Virus record (IMG/VR): IMGVR_UViG_3300045988_119870
Reading direction: 5' to 3' (one strand)
From: a virus
DNA: 40,865 nt
The position numbers and the translations under genes are program-made. The notes below the pieces were generated by a model. It was not told where the DNA came from. It made no database searches and saw only the letters and a list, made by a program, of their open reading frames with translations. Shown here one piece after another: positions 40,811 to 40,865 of this stretch. The first letter of the stretch is position 1. Each line of letters begins with the position of its first letter.

Positions 40811-40865
40811 CCCGCATAAACACTGGATTTTTTCGTATCATCTGGTACGGAACTCCGGTCCACCG
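40811..40865. repeat. Direct terminal repeat, copy 2 of 2 (identical to 1..55)
   Basis: Exact 55/55 identity with bases 1-55. It lies 23 nt after the integrase stop codon. Confidence 0.95.

Noticed and set aside
40811-40865. Terminal 55-bp repeats as attL/attR core duplications of an integrated prophage.
   Set aside because: The integrase is a large serine recombinase, which exchanges strands at a 2-bp crossover and does not create long direct repeats. No host-like genes flank the repeats. An exact length of 55 fits an assembler overlap.

Overview
This window is a complete temperate siphovirus-type phage or prophage genome from a Firmicutes (Clostridia-like) host. Bases 1-55 recur exactly at 40811-40865, so the unique length is 40,810 bp and the molecule was most likely assembled as a circle.

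The minus strand carries nearly all genes, in this order:
- Lysis cassette (282-2351).
- Tail module (2371-14605): a 1954-aa collagen-repeat tail fibre, a long Dit, the tape measure, a frameshifted chaperone pair and the major tail protein.
- Head-tail connectors, major capsid, scaffold, a Prp-like protease, MuF, portal and terminase (14615-23491).
- A tRNA-like element and a sigma-like late regulator.
- A replication/recombination block: RusA, primase-helicase, SF2 helicase, DUF669, an AAA_24 ATPase and an SbcC-like ATPase.
- Early genes running up to a divergent promoter switch near 36.8 kb.

The plus strand carries a non-cleavable CI-like repressor, a large serine integrase and four AT-rich accessory genes.

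The observations most worth follow-up are:
- A consensus promoter with a perfect Firmicutes LexA box, driving an unannotated 34-codon ORF next to the repressor.
- A phage-encoded Prp protease together with L27-like N-terminal cleavage motifs on the scaffold, capsid and major tail proteins.
- A MuF protein with a C-terminal HEXXH domain, followed by a small terminated cassette.
- A C7 tract that joins an early ORF to an HTH domain in the -1 frame.
- An iteron-rich putative origin.
- A non-canonical tRNA-like element.
- Antisense-embedded and integrase-proximal accessory genes of unknown function.

All family assignments come from reading motifs by eye; no searches were run.
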